This document shows positions 1 to 10,400 of a stretch of DNA of 64,000 nt, in pieces. The stretch's first letter is position 1; each line of letters begins with the position of its first letter. The notes below the pieces were generated by a model, which did not search any database, was not told the origin of the DNA, and worked only from the letters and a program-made list of their open reading frames with translations. The stretch comes from Bacteroidia bacterium. Lineage in GTDB: Bacteria; Bacteroidota; Bacteroidia; AKYH767-A; OLB10. Location: the NCBI GenBank assembly GCA_039931675.1, contig JBDTRM010000170.1, positions 2,374 through 66,373 on the forward strand. Reading direction: 5' to 3'. Position numbers and translations under genes: made by a program.

Positions 1-2
1 TT

Positions 3-1952
3 ATTAATGATGGAGCATCGTTACACCTTAATTTTACAGGAACAACTATGCGCCCGCAAGTAGTGTTTGAGCAAGGCACATACAATTCTCATCTTGATTC
101 TGTTTTGATGGTTGATTCCACACTGAGCGATGCAGTTACTATAGTAGCTTACAATAATTTCGCCCAGCCGCTTATCCCCACAGACACCTTATTAGTATGG
201 CCGCTTACCTATAGTTATACTTACGACAGTGCAGGTGTTGCAACAGACTCCACGTTATCAAACATTGACAGCACCATTTATTTAACTAACACAGCTTATT
301 ATGATCCACCATTCGAAAAAACAATCCGTTATGAGTTGGGAAGATTTATTACTCCTTACGGAAACGGTTTGAGTCTTGGCAATGGATTTACCTGGTGGTA
401 TGATGTGAGCGACTATCGAACTATATTGCATGATTCGCTTCGCATACTTGGAGGCAATTGGCAGGAATTGCTCGATCTGCAGTTTCTCTTTATTAAAGGC
501 ATTCCGCCACGCGACCCCATCAGTGTAAGCAATGTGTGGAATGGAGTTTATTATCTGCGCGCAAGCGATTCGGTTGAAACCAAAGGTCTTTACCCTAAAA
601 AAGTGGAGATGAATCCTGCTGCATCAACATATAAATTCCTCATGCGCCCCACAGGCCATGGCGAAGATAATAATAACTGTGCTGAGTTTTGTGTAAATAC
701 CCATAGCCTAAAGGTTAACGGAACCACCCAATTCAGTCACGAGGTATGGAAGGACAACTGCGGGTTAAATCCTTTGTATCCACAAGGTGGCACGTGGGTT
801 TATGAGCGAGCCAACTGGTGCCCCGGTGATGTGGTGCCTACTTACGATTTTGAACTAACGCCTTTAGTAAATCCGGGTGATAGTTCAATGCTTGATTATG
901 ATGTGCAGCCTTACATTTCAGCCGGTGGTTCGCCAGCCAATTATGTTATCGAATCACAGGTGGTAGCTTACGGACCCATTAATCATACTGTTGATGCAGC
1001 TATTGAATTGATCAAATCGCCAAACACCGAAGATATTTACCAGCGCATGAATCCTATTTGCGATAACCCGGTTGTAACCATTAAAAATAATGGCTCTGCA
1101 ACACTTACCAATGCCACTATCAATTTCGGTTTCGAGGGAGGAACTATGGTAACCTATTCATGGACAGGCAATCTTGCTTTCGATCATAGCGAAGATGTAA
1201 CCCTGCCCGGCTTAGTCTGGAACGGAACAAGCAATCGCTTTAAAGTTTTTATCAGCAATCCAAATGGAGCTTTAGATGAGTATCATCATAACGATACTAT
1301 GTATTCAGCGTTTTCAGTACCTGGTTCCTATCCCAATTATGTAGTGTTTGAATTGGCTACCAATAATCAATCTATTCAAAATTCATACACACTAAAAGAT
1401 GCATCGGGTAACAATATTATTTACCGCCATAACCTTATCAATAATTGGGTTTACCGCGATACAGTTAATCTTGCTAACGGGTGTTACACATTCACATTGA
1501 TAGACACTGTTGATGCCACTGGCGTTTATGGCGGAGACGGTTTGGCATGGTGGGCTAACACAGCCCAAGGTAGCGGCAGCATGCGCATTAAAGATGCCAG
1601 CACTGGTGCTTTGCTCAAAGTTTTTGCAAATGATTTTGGCCGCGAAATTTATCAGCAGTTTACTTGCGGGTATGTGTTGAATGTAAATGATCGTGATGAA
1701 TTGGCTGATGTTAACCTGTATCCTAATCCATCAGGAGGATTATTTAACCTGAGCATGAATTTCAGCAAGCTTAATAATGTTGTTGTAAATATTTACGATG
1801 CAACCGGAAAATTAATTTATACTAAAAGTGAGAAAAATGTTATGGAGAAAAATCTTCAGTTAGATTTGCAGAATGTTCCTGCCGGAATTTACCAGGCAAC
1901 AGTGCAGTTTAATAATGGCGTAATCAATAAGCGCTTTGTTATTGAAAAGTAA
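3..1952 (+). CDS. PNGase F-like (peptide-N-glycosidase F family) secreted protein with T9SS type-A C-terminal sorting domain; 5' end lies outside the window
   Basis: The reading frame is open from base 3, with no stop before the ATG at 48. The blocks 'YELGRFITPYG' and 'TGHGEDNNNCAEFC...ANWCPGDVVPT' match the conserved blocks I recall from Elizabethkingia PNGase F ('YEIGRFITPYW', 'GCAEWC', 'GWCPGMAVPT'). The last ~80 aa ('LYPNPSGGLFNL...AGIYQATVQF') form a Por/T9SS CTD. Confidence 0.75.
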   Translation: MNDGASLHLNFTGTTMRPQVVFEQGTYNSHLDSVLMVDSTLSDAVTIVAYNNFAQPLIPTDTLLVWPLTYSYTYDSAGVATDSTLSNIDSTIYLTNTAYYDPPFEKTIRYELGRFITPYGNGLSLGNGFTWWYDVSDYRTILHDSLRILGGNWQELLDLQFLFIKGIPPRDPISVSNVWNGVYYLRASDSVETKGLYPKKVEMNPAASTYKFLMRPTGHGEDNNNCAEFCVNTHSLKVNGTTQFSHEVWKDNCGLNPLYPQGGTWVYERANWCPGDVVPTYDFELTPLVNPGDSSMLDYDVQPYISAGGSPANYVIESQVVAYGPINHTVDAAIELIKSPNTEDIYQRMNPICDNPVVTIKNNGSATLTNATINFGFEGGTMVTYSWTGNLAFDHSEDVTLPGLVWNGTSNRFKVFISNPNGALDEYHHNDTMYSAFSVPGSYPNYVVFELATNNQSIQNSYTLKDASGNNIIYRHNLINNWVYRDTVNLANGCYTFTLIDTVDATGVYGGDGLAWWANTAQGSGSMRIKDASTGALLKVFANDFGREIYQQFTCGYVLNVNDRDELADVNLYPNPSGGLFNLSMNFSKLNNVVVNIYDATGKLIYTKSEKNVMEKNLQLDLQNVPAGIYQATVQFNNGVINKRFVIEK

Positions 1953-1985
1953 TTCATTGAAAACATTTATAAAACTTCAAACATC

Positions 1986-2630
1986 ATGATCAAAAAATCA
2001 ATTCTTACAACTGTCTTAGTCATAGCAGTAGTATTTACTACACAGGCGCAATATGTTATTGGTAATGTTTATCCCGGTTATATTGTTTCCAAAACCGGTG
2101 ATACTACACAATGCTTTATCAGGATGACTAACAAATATTCCAACCAGACACGTTGTTTGGTTTATGCAAATGAAACAGATAGAAAAGAGCAAAAGTCTTA
2201 CAAGCCTTCTGAGCTTAGATCATATAAAGTAGCCGACAGGTTATACGAAGCTATTCCTTACGGAGATATAATGCCAAAAACTTTAAACTTTGTTTTGGTT
2301 GAAATTGATGGACATTTGCGACAATACATATGGTACAGTTCAACAGGAGATGAAAACAAAGATTCATGGGCTGGTATGGGCAAAACGATTTCAATGAGTA
2401 CCGATGATGAAAAGAATCTCAAAGGTGAAATAGTATTGCGTAAACCTGATGAGAAAGTAATAAGCTCAACCAAGTTATTAATGTCATTCAGCAAAACAAT
2501 GAGCGAATACTTATCAGATTATCCTGAGCTATCAGCCAAAATACAAAACAAAGAAAAGGGCTACGATATGTTACACGTATTACAAATTGTGGATGAGTAT
2601 AATAAGTGGTATGCATCTAAAGCTAAGTAA
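1986..2630 (+). CDS. hypothetical secreted protein (N-terminal signal peptide)
   Basis: 214-aa ORF lying 33 nt after the previous gene. It has a hydrophobic N-terminus ending in 'TTQAQ'. I recognise no family. Confidence 0.5.
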   Translation: MIKKSILTTVLVIAVVFTTQAQYVIGNVYPGYIVSKTGDTTQCFIRMTNKYSNQTRCLVYANETDRKEQKSYKPSELRSYKVADRLYEAIPYGDIMPKTLNFVLVEIDGHLRQYIWYSSTGDENKDSWAGMGKTISMSTDDEKNLKGEIVLRKPDEKVISSTKLLMSFSKTMSEYLSDYPELSAKIQNKEKGYDMLHVLQIVDEYNKWYASKAK

Positions 2631-2668
2631 CAGCGGGCTTATCAGACCAAATCAGATGTGATTAAAAT

Positions 2669-2703
2669 TTTGTGTTGCACGATAAAATTAATTTTTACTT
2701 TTG
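2669..2703 (+). promoter_or_regulatory. Bacteroidota-type promoter for tRNA-Gln (-33 TTTG at 2669-2672, -7 TACTTTTG at 2696-2703)
   Basis: Exact match to the TAnnTTTG -7 consensus, ending 18 nt before the tRNA 5' end. The same TACTTTTG box recurs upstream of rplM and cyoE. Confidence 0.5.
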
Positions 2704-2720
2704 CCGACCCTAAAAATCAA

Positions 2721-2793
2721 TGTTCTATGGTGTAACTGGCAACACGTCTGATTTTGGTTCAGAAGAGTCTAGGTTCGAGCCCTAGTAGAACAA
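2721..2793 (+). tRNA. tRNA-Gln (anticodon UUG)
   Basis: Hand-folded cloverleaf. Acceptor stem TGTTCTA/TAGAACA; D stem GTGT/ACAC; anticodon stem TCTGA/TCAGA with loop TTTTGGT (anticodon TTG); T arm CTAGG-TTCGAGC-CCTAG. CCA is not encoded. Confidence 0.9.
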
Positions 2794-2797
2794 CTTA

Positions 2798-2827
2798 AAA
2801 TCTCCCCTTGCGGGAGATTTTTTTTTG
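2798..2827 (+). terminator. rho-independent terminator after tRNA-Gln
   Basis: Stem ATCTCCC/GGGAGAT with a 5-nt loop, followed by a run of 10 T. Confidence 0.8.
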
Positions 2828-2842
2828 GGGCAAGTAAGCGTC

Positions 2843-2862
2843 ATGCTGATGAATATCAGCAT
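2843..2862. repeat. short perfect hairpin (ATGCTGAT-GAAT-ATCAGCAT), REP-like intergenic element
   Basis: 8-bp perfect stem seen directly, embedded in 'gcgtcatgctgat...'. A related 'cgtcat(t/g)c' word begins the hairpin elements near 59.05-59.23 kb. Confidence 0.4.
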
Positions 2863-2920
2863 CTGCCAGGAGGCGATTATTCCTTCATAAAAAGGGGTTT
2901 AAAACAAATTAGCAATACTA

Positions 2921-2951
2921 TTTGCTCGTTTGAAAATAGTGTTTACTTTTG
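2921..2951 (+). promoter_or_regulatory. Bacteroidota-type promoter for the rplM-rpsI operon (-33 TTTG 2921-2924, -7 TACTTTTG 2944-2951)
   Basis: Exact TAnnTTTG box with 19-nt spacing to an upstream TTTG. It overlaps the TTG at 2949 that the ORF track uses as a start. Confidence 0.5.
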
Positions 2952-2981
2952 CGACCCTTTTTAAAATTAATACAAAATACA

Positions 2982-3431
2982 GTGGATACATTATCATATA
3001 AAACAATTTCGGCTAACAAAGCTACTGTTGATAAGCAATGGTTGGTGATAGATGCCGAGAACCAGGTGGTGGGTCGTTTGTCATCAGAGATAGCGAAACA
3101 CCTGCGTGGAAAGAACAAAGCGAGCTTCACTTCTCACGTTGACTGTGGCGATAACGTTATCGTTATTAACACTGCCAAGATAAAATTCACCGGCCGTAAA
3201 ATGGCCGAGAAAGAATATATCAGCTACACAGGGTATCCGGGAGGTCAGCGTTTTGCATCCCCCGAAACATTAATGAAAAAGGATGCTACTTTAGTAGTAA
3301 AGAAAGCTGTTCATGGTATGTTACCTAAAAATAAATTAGGCGATGCTATTAAGTCAAACCTGTTTTTATATGCAGGTGCTGAACATCCGCACGAAGCCCA
3401 GAAACCTAAAACAATTAAGCTTAAATATTAA
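2982..3431 (+). CDS. rplM: 50S ribosomal protein L13
   Basis: 'DTLSYKT...KQWLVIDAENQVVGRL...' is the typical L13 N-terminus. I prefer the GTG at 2982, because the ORF-track TTG start at 2949 lies inside the predicted -7 box. Confidence 0.9.
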   Translation: MDTLSYKTISANKATVDKQWLVIDAENQVVGRLSSEIAKHLRGKNKASFTSHVDCGDNVIVINTAKIKFTGRKMAEKEYISYTGYPGGQRFASPETLMKKDATLVVKKAVHGMLPKNKLGDAIKSNLFLYAGAEHPHEAQKPKTIKLKY

Positions 3432-3440
3432 TAATCAGAA

Positions 3441-3827
3441 ATGGAAATCACCCATACAATAGGACGCAGAAAAACTTCAGTAGCCCGCATTTACATGCAG
3501 CCGGGTTCAGGTGCAGTTAAGGTTAACGATAAAGACTATACAACTTACTTTCCTTCATTGCCTTTGCAATACGCAATTACGCAGGCTTTCAATGCAACCA
3601 ATACAAAAGATCAGTATGATGTAATTGCAAACGTTATCGGTGGCGGAGTCACCGGTCAGGCACAGGCTATTCGTTTAGCAATTTCACGTGCTTTGTGCAA
3701 AATCAATCCTGAGCATCGTGCTTTGTTGAAACCGCTTGGTGTTTTAACCCGCGATCCTCGTATGGTTGAACGTAAAAAACCGGGACAGAAAAAAGCACGT
3801 AAACGCTTCCAGTTCTCTAAACGTTAA
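3441..3827 (+). CDS. rpsI: 30S ribosomal protein S9
   Basis: 'GRRKTSVARIY...GGGVTGQAQAIRLAISRAL...RDPRMVERKK...' is the canonical S9 sequence. It lies immediately downstream of rplM. Confidence 0.95.
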   Translation: MEITHTIGRRKTSVARIYMQPGSGAVKVNDKDYTTYFPSLPLQYAITQAFNATNTKDQYDVIANVIGGGVTGQAQAIRLAISRALCKINPEHRALLKPLGVLTRDPRMVERKKPGQKKARKRFQFSKR

Positions 3828-3840
3828 TCTTTAACATTCA

Positions 3841-3858
3841 TCCCGATAGCGATCGGGA
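3841..3858. other. intergenic hairpin TCCCGAT-AGCG-ATCGGGA between rpsI and rpsB (no T-run)
   Basis: 7-bp perfect stem seen directly. The same CCCGAT/ATCGGG stem forms the tsf terminator (5592-5621), and a related one occurs at about 35768-35782. Confidence 0.4.
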
Positions 3859-3885
3859 CTAAAAACAAAATATATTAAATAATAA

Positions 3886-4713
3886 ATGGGAATTGTAACT
3901 CAAGAGGCTTTATTAGACGCAGGTGTTCACTTCGGTCACCTCAAAAGAAAATGGAATCCAAAAATGGCTCCTTATATTTTTATGGAGCGCAATGGTATCC
4001 ACATCATTGACCTTAATAAAACTGAAGCAAAGCTTGAGGAAGCTGCTGCTGCAGTACGCCAGATTGCTAAATCTGGAAAGAAAATACTTTTTGTAGCTAC
4101 TAAAAAGCAAGCTAAAGATATTGTTGCCAATGCGGCAAAATCAGTGAACATGCCTTTTATTACTGAGCGCTGGCCCGGTGGTATGCTTACTAACTTTGCC
4201 ACACAACGCAAGTCAGTTAAGAAGCTTACTGGTTTTGATAAAATGATGACTGATGGAACTTTTGATGTTATTTCTAAAAAAGAGAAATTGCAGATAAGCC
4301 GTCAGAAAGCCAAGATGGAAAAATTCTTAGGAAGCATTTCTGATCTTACGCGTTTACCTGCCGCTATATTTATAGTGGATATTTTGAAAGAACACATTGC
4401 GGTAAGCGAAGCACGTAAATTATCAATTCCTACTATAGCTATTTGTGATACCAATACTGATCCTAACCTGATTGATTTCCCGATACCGGCTAATGATGAT
4501 GCTACAAAATCAATAGCTTTAATTATGGAGTTAATGATAAAAGCAGTTGAAGAAGGATTAGCAGAACGCAAAAATGATAAAGAAGCCGATCGTTCTAAAG
4601 AAGTTGCAGAGGCTGATGAGTTGGGTGCTAAAGATGCAGTATTCGCAGGCACTGAAGAAGAAGGTGGAGGAGATGGAAGAAATAAAGGTCTTCGTTCGCG
4701 AAAAAAGAAGTAA
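3886..4713 (+). CDS. rpsB: 30S ribosomal protein S2
   Basis: 'LLDAGVHFGHLKRKWNPKMAPYIF...NGIHIIDL' is the S2 signature. It has an acidic/basic C-terminal tail. Confidence 0.95.
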   Translation: MGIVTQEALLDAGVHFGHLKRKWNPKMAPYIFMERNGIHIIDLNKTEAKLEEAAAAVRQIAKSGKKILFVATKKQAKDIVANAAKSVNMPFITERWPGGMLTNFATQRKSVKKLTGFDKMMTDGTFDVISKKEKLQISRQKAKMEKFLGSISDLTRLPAAIFIVDILKEHIAVSEARKLSIPTIAICDTNTDPNLIDFPIPANDDATKSIALIMELMIKAVEEGLAERKNDKEADRSKEVAEADELGAKDAVFAGTEEEGGGDGRNKGLRSRKKK

Positions 4714-4733
4714 ATTTAATTTAAAGAAAAGTA

Positions 4734-5576
4734 ATGTCAACTACAGTAACTATAAGTGCAGCAGATGTAAACAAGCTTCGTCAGCAAACGGGAGCGGGAA
4801 TGATGGATTGCAAAAAAGCTTTAGTAGAAGCTAATGGCGATTTTGAAGCAGCTATTGATAATCTGCGTAAAAAAGGAGCAAAGGTAGCTGCAAATCGTAG
4901 CGACCGCGAGGCAAAAGAAGGATACATCATTGCAAAAACAAATGCTGATGCTACTAAAGGATTTTTAATTTCATTAAATTGCGAAACTGATTTCGTTGCT
5001 AAGAATGCAGATTTCACAGGCTTTGCCGAAGGGGTATTAAATACAGCAATAGCAGCAGACGCTAAAACAGTTGAAGAAATAAAAACGCTTAGCTATGAAG
5101 GAGTAACTGTAGCTGATAAATTATTAGACATGGTGGGCAAGATAGGTGAGAAGCTTGAAATATCACGCTACGAAACGGTTGAAGCACCCAAAGTAATTAT
5201 TTATAATCACCCCGGCAATCGTTTAGCTGCAATAGTAGGATTAAACAATGCAGGTATAGCTAATCTTGATGAAATTGGAAAAAATGTTGCAATGCAGATT
5301 GCAGCCATGAGTCCTGTTGCATTAGATAAAGATGATGTGGATGCCAAAACATTGGAGCGTGAAATCGAAATTGGAAAAGAGCAAGCCCGTGCAGAAGGCA
5401 AGCCTGAAAATATGATTGAGAAAATTGCAGTTGGGAAGCTCAATAAATTTTACCAGGATTATACGTTATTAAATCAGGCATATATTAAGGAAGATAAAAA
5501 GACAGTACGTCAGTATTTAGCTGATGCTGATAAAAGCCTCACTGTAACCGCCTTTAAACGGGTACAACTTGGTTAA
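4734..5576 (+). CDS. tsf: translation elongation factor Ts
   Basis: 'VNKLRQQTGAGMMDCKKALVEANGDFEAAIDNLRKKG' is the EF-Ts UBA-like N-terminus. The rpsB-tsf gene order is conserved. Confidence 0.95.
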   Translation: MSTTVTISAADVNKLRQQTGAGMMDCKKALVEANGDFEAAIDNLRKKGAKVAANRSDREAKEGYIIAKTNADATKGFLISLNCETDFVAKNADFTGFAEGVLNTAIAADAKTVEEIKTLSYEGVTVADKLLDMVGKIGEKLEISRYETVEAPKVIIYNHPGNRLAAIVGLNNAGIANLDEIGKNVAMQIAAMSPVALDKDDVDAKTLEREIEIGKEQARAEGKPENMIEKIAVGKLNKFYQDYTLLNQAYIKEDKKTVRQYLADADKSLTVTAFKRVQLG

Positions 5577-5591
5577 GTAAATTATAGAGAA

Positions 5592-5621
5592 AATCCCGAT
5601 ATATTTATCGGGATTTTTTTT
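5592..5621 (+). terminator. rho-independent terminator after tsf
   Basis: Stem AATCCCGAT/ATCGGGATT followed by a T-run. Confidence 0.8.
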
Positions 5622-5667
5622 GGCACAAAAATAATAAACAGTAAATCCCAAACAGTAAACCGTTATT

Positions 5668-6375
5668 ATGAAATACAAACGCATCCTTCTAAAGCTATCG
5701 GGCGAATCCTTAATGGGAGATAAGCAATTTGGCATTGATAATAATCGTATTCAACAATACGCTTCCGAAATAAAAAGTGTAGTTGAGTTAGGTGTTCAGG
5801 TGGCAATCGTAATCGGTGGAGGTAATATTTTTCGCGGACTGCAGGCAGCTGAAGGTGGAATGGATCGTGTGCAAGGAGATTATATGGGAATGTTGGCTAC
5901 GGTAATTAATAGCATGGCTTTGCAGTCAGCCCTCGAAGTTGCGGGTATTAATACACGTTTGCAGTCAGCGATTAAAATGGAAGCTATTTGCGAGCCATTT
6001 ATTCGCAGAAGGGCAGTAAGACATTTAGAAAAAGGTCGTGTAGTAATTTTTGGGGCCGGCACGGGAAACCCTTACTTTACAACTGATACGGCTGCATCTT
6101 TAAGAGCAATTGAAATTGAAGCTGATGTAATTTTGAAAGGAACCCGTGTTGATGGAATTTATACTGCTGACCCCGAGAAGTTTAAAGATGCAGTGAAATT
6201 TGAGTCGCTTACTTTTAAAGAAGTTTATGCAAAAGATTTAAAAGTTATGGATATGACGGCCTTTACCCTTTGCGAAGAAAACAATCTCCCTATTATAGTT
6301 TTTGATATGAATAAAGCCGGTAATCTTGTAAAACTTATTGAGGGCAGTGAAGTTGGTACATTAGTAATGGTGTAA
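5668..6375 (+). CDS. pyrH: UMP kinase
   Basis: '[12 protein letters not shown]...[11 protein letters not shown]...' is the amino-acid kinase / PyrH signature. Confidence 0.95.
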   Translation: MKYKRILLKLSGESLMGDKQFGIDNNRIQQYASEIKSVVELGVQVAIVIGGGNIFRGLQAAEGGMDRVQGDYMGMLATVINSMALQSALEVAGINTRLQSAIKMEAICEPFIRRRAVRHLEKGRVVIFGAGTGNPYFTTDTAASLRAIEIEADVILKGTRVDGIYTADPEKFKDAVKFESLTFKEVYAKDLKVMDMTAFTLCEENNLPIIVFDMNKAGNLVKLIEGSEVGTLVMV

Positions 6376-6417
6376 ATAAAAAATAATATTTTTGACACCC
6401 GTTAATAAAAACCGAAA

Positions 6418-6969
6418 ATGGAAGAAGCAAAAAGAATACTCGACCACATGAACGATTCTATGGCTAAAGCCTTGAGTCACTTAGAAACTGAATTAACAAA
6501 GATAAGAGCAGGTAAGGCAAGCCCGCAAATGCTCGACAACATTCACGTTGATTATTATGGAACCAGTACTCCTTTAAACCAGGTTGCAAATGTTAATACA
6601 ACTGACGCCCGCACACTTGTTGTTCAGCCCTGGGAAAAATCAATGCTGCAAACCATCGAAAAAGCCATAATGATTTCCAATCTCGGTTTTAATCCTCAAA
6701 ACGATGGATTAATTATCCGGATAAATGTGCCTGCGTTAACTGAAGAACGTAGAAAAGATCTGGTAAAGAAAACCAAGGCTGAGGCCGAACATGCCAAAGT
6801 TGGTATCCGCGCAGCACGCAAAGATGCTATGGAAGCAATAAAAAAATCAAAGCTTACCGAAGATGAAAAGAAAGTGCATGAAGATGGTATTCAAAAAACA
6901 ACTGACGGATATATTATTAAAGTTGATAAACATATTGAGGTAAAAGAGAAGGAAATAATGACGGTATAA
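6418..6969 (+). CDS. frr: ribosome recycling factor
   Basis: '...KIRAGKASPQMLDNIHVDYYGTSTPLNQVANV...' is typical of RRF. The pyrH-frr gene order is conserved. Confidence 0.95.
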   Translation: MEEAKRILDHMNDSMAKALSHLETELTKIRAGKASPQMLDNIHVDYYGTSTPLNQVANVNTTDARTLVVQPWEKSMLQTIEKAIMISNLGFNPQNDGLIIRINVPALTEERRKDLVKKTKAEAEHAKVGIRAARKDAMEAIKKSKLTEDEKKVHEDGIQKTTDGYIIKVDKHIEVKEKEIMTV

Positions 6970-7199
6970 TCTGATTATTTGAATTTCAGAACTGATGGCC
7001 GGCAACCCAATTTTTCTAATTTTATATTTTTCTTAGATTCTCCTTTAATTCTGCTTTTCCGTAAGCCTATAACTCAAGGATTTATTATCAACTAATGGGA
7101 AAATTTACATTTGAATAACCTCTATTTTCTCTTTTAATTTTTAGGTCGAACCCCCTATGTTTGTGGGTGAACGTTTTTCTTTTGGGAAAAAAAAAGAGT

Positions 7200-7207
7200 T
7201 ATCTTTG
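7200..7207 (+). promoter_or_regulatory. candidate -7 box (TATCTTTG) for the giant adhesin gene; implies a ~220-nt leader
   Basis: This is the only exact TAnnTTTG match I found in the 465-bp AT-rich region upstream of 7435. The -33 element is weak. Confidence 0.3.
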
Positions 7208-7434
7208 TTTTCCTGTTGTTAATCAGATAAGCAAATTCAACTAATTATTTTATCTATTTATCAACTTCTTACCCCTACTTTTAGATTAATCCTTATATAA
7301 TGCGTGAATGAATAAAAAAAACGCAAAGAACTTATTCTTTATTAAACATATTTTCAATTTATTCTTGGTTGAAGGTCTGAGGTTATTAAAACAAATTTAA
7401 TTAAATTCTACCTGACTAATAAAAATTTATTACC

Positions 7435-10400
7435 ATGCGAAAACTCTACACATTTTTAATTGTTTTTACAATTTTGATCCCCCAAACTGCTATTAAAGCA
7501 GAGGTAGTTTCATCATTAAAAGCAGACTTCACAACCAACTCTGGTATTAACCAGAAGGAAACGGCTGTTTCTCAATCCTTAAAAATGGCGCCCCCAATTG
7601 GCATAACAGGTAGTTTATCCTTTTGCACCGGCAGCTCAACAGTTTTGGATGCCGGTCCGGGATACATTAGCTATTTATGGAATAACGGATCCAGTAATCA
7701 AACCCTTACAGTTTCAGTTGGCGGTACCTATACAGTTACTGTTACTGACACAAATTCAATTGTTACAGTGGATTCTGTTACCGTTACAGAAAATCCAAAC
7801 CCAACCCCCACCATCAGTGGTAATTTATCCTTCTGTACCGGATCATCGACCATACTTGATGCAGGCAGTGGCTATTCATCTTATTTATGGGATAACAGTT
7901 CTACGAATCAAACGCTGACTGTAAACACGGCAAGCCCCTATACAGTTACAGTTACTGACGGTAACGGATGCTCAGGATCAACTTCAGTAACTGTAATAGA
8001 AAACCTGTTGTCAACAACCAATCTTGCGGCTGATGGTCCTTTGGTTTTTTGTGATGGCGGAACTGTAAATATCAGCGCAGACGCGGGTTACAGTGCTTAC
8101 AACTGGTCAACGGGCCAATCTACCCAATCAGTTGATATTAATACCAGCGGAACCTATACTGTAACAGTTACCGATGCTAATAGTTGTACAACCTCCACTT
8201 CGGTAACGGTAACGGTAAACCCAAATCCCATAATAAATATTGTCAGCCAAACCAATGTTGATTGCAATGGTAATGCTACAGGTATTTTTGAAGTTTCAGC
8301 ATCGGGAGGAACCGGGCCTTATAAATATTCATTAGATGGAGGACCTTATCAATCATCAGGTATTTTTGGGGTGTTAGCAGTAGGGAATTACTTAGTTTCT
8401 GTCATTGACAGTGCAACAGATTGTTCATCATCAATAATTATTAATGTAACAGAACCCGATGCAATAACGGCCATTTCCAGCCAGGTTGATCTTTTATGCT
8501 ATGACAGACCAACTGGCTCTATTGACATCACAGTATTTGGTGGAACGCTTCCTTATACTTATGATTGGAGCAATGGCTCAACTGATGAAGACATTAGTCT
8601 ATTAGTTGCAGGTTTTTATACAGTAACTATTACCGATGCAAACGGTTGCATCTACAGTAATGTATATGAAATTATTCAGCCGACACAAATTACCATCGGT
8701 ACTCAACAAACAAATGTTTCATGCAGTTACGGTGCCGATGGTACTGCCTTTGTTGATGTTGATGGCGGTACACCTGGTTATACCTATTTATGGGATGACG
8801 GTCAGACAGATCAGTTTGCTTTTGGACTTGATGGCGGATTGCACACAGTTACAATTACTGATGCCAACGGTTGCGACACTTTAATGACATTTTTAATATC
8901 CGTACCTCCTCAACTTAATTCTTCATCAGTTGCAACTGATGTTTCATGCTATGGTGCTTGTGACGGAAGTATAACGTTGAATATCTATGGAGGCACACCT
9001 TATAGTGTTGGCGCTCTTTATGATGTTGTTTGGAATACAATACCTGTTCAAACAGGTCCGACAGCGACCGGGTTATGCGCTGGTACATATACAGCAATAA
9101 TTACGGATTCTGCCGGGTGTGTTAAATATCATGTTGAAACAATTGATGAACCGACTCAATTGGTTGTTTCCATTACCCCTGATCCTGCAAATTGTAACGG
9201 AGCAAGTAATGGCGAGGCAACTGCAAATGTTATCGGAGGCACACCATTATATTTTTATATTTGGAGCGATGGACAACTTACTCAAACAGCTACAGGATTA
9301 CCAGCCGGAACCTATACTGTAACTGTTACCGATTATAATGGATGTTCAGCAACAAAATCAGTTATTATAGGCCAACCAACATCTATAAATGTTTCAGGTG
9401 TTATTACAAATGTGAAATGCAATGGAGCGATAACCGGGAAAGTAATTTTAACTATTACTGGCGGCAGTGGTGGCTATACTTATTTTTGGAATACGCTTCC
9501 TGTAATAACTACCAAGAACCTTAATAACGTTGCAGCAGGAACTTATACTGTTATAGTAACCGATAATAGCGGATGCACTGTTTCGGCAACATTTACAATT
9601 ACGGAACCATTTCCGATAGCATGTAACGGAACAGTTAACGATGTAAGTTGTAACTCAACAAATAACGGTTCAATAATAATAAGTCCCACAGGCGGAACAA
9701 GTCCTTTCACCATAATATGGTCAAACGGTAACACTACAACTTCAAATACAGGCTTATTGATTGGCACTTACACGGTAACAATTACAGATATTAATAACTG
9801 TACGACTTCATGCACATTTACTGTTGTTCAGTCACCGGGTATGACAATAAACGGAAGCGTGCAAAATGTAACATGTTTTGGAGCTTCAAATGGACACATA
9901 ACAGCCCAACCAACAGGAGGAATTTCTCCTTATATTTATTTATGGAGCAATGGAGGAACAAATCAAACCATTACCGGCTTAAGTGGCGGAACCTATACCG
10001 TAACAGTTACTGATAGTGTTGGATGTACCAATACTGCTTCATTTACTGTTTTAGAACCTGCTGAACTATCATGTATTTGCAATGCCAACGTGCATAATGT
10101 GTCATGTTTCGGGGGCAGTGATGGTTCGATTACAGCGCAACCAATTGGTGGAACACCACCATACAGCTATGTTTGGTCTAACGGTGCATTTACTCAAACC
10201 ATAAGCGGTTTGATTGCCGGTACTTACACGGTTACAATTACTGATGCCAGCGGATGCCAGAAAATTGGTGTTGTTCAGGTAAATCAACCGACACAATTAT
10301 TTGCAACAATTTCTTGTGTAAACAATGCTACTTGTTTTGGAAATAATAATGGTTCAGCCTGTGTAACAGGTTTTGGCGGAACTCCACCCTACACTTATTC

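Noticed and set aside
2949-2981. ORF-track start (TTG at 2949) for rplM, giving an 11-aa N-terminal extension 'MRPFLKLIQNT'.
   Set aside because: The codon lies inside the predicted -7 promoter box (2944-2951), and the extension is not L13-like. The GTG at 2982 yields the canonical 'DTLSYKT' N-terminus.
3913-5443. Multiple 60-116-aa ORFs antisense to, or out of frame within, rpsB and tsf (for example 3972-4211, 4302-4652, 4574-4834, 4781-5017, 5207-5443).
   Set aside because: They are embedded in highly conserved ribosomal and translation genes with unambiguous frames, and are typical shadow ORFs.
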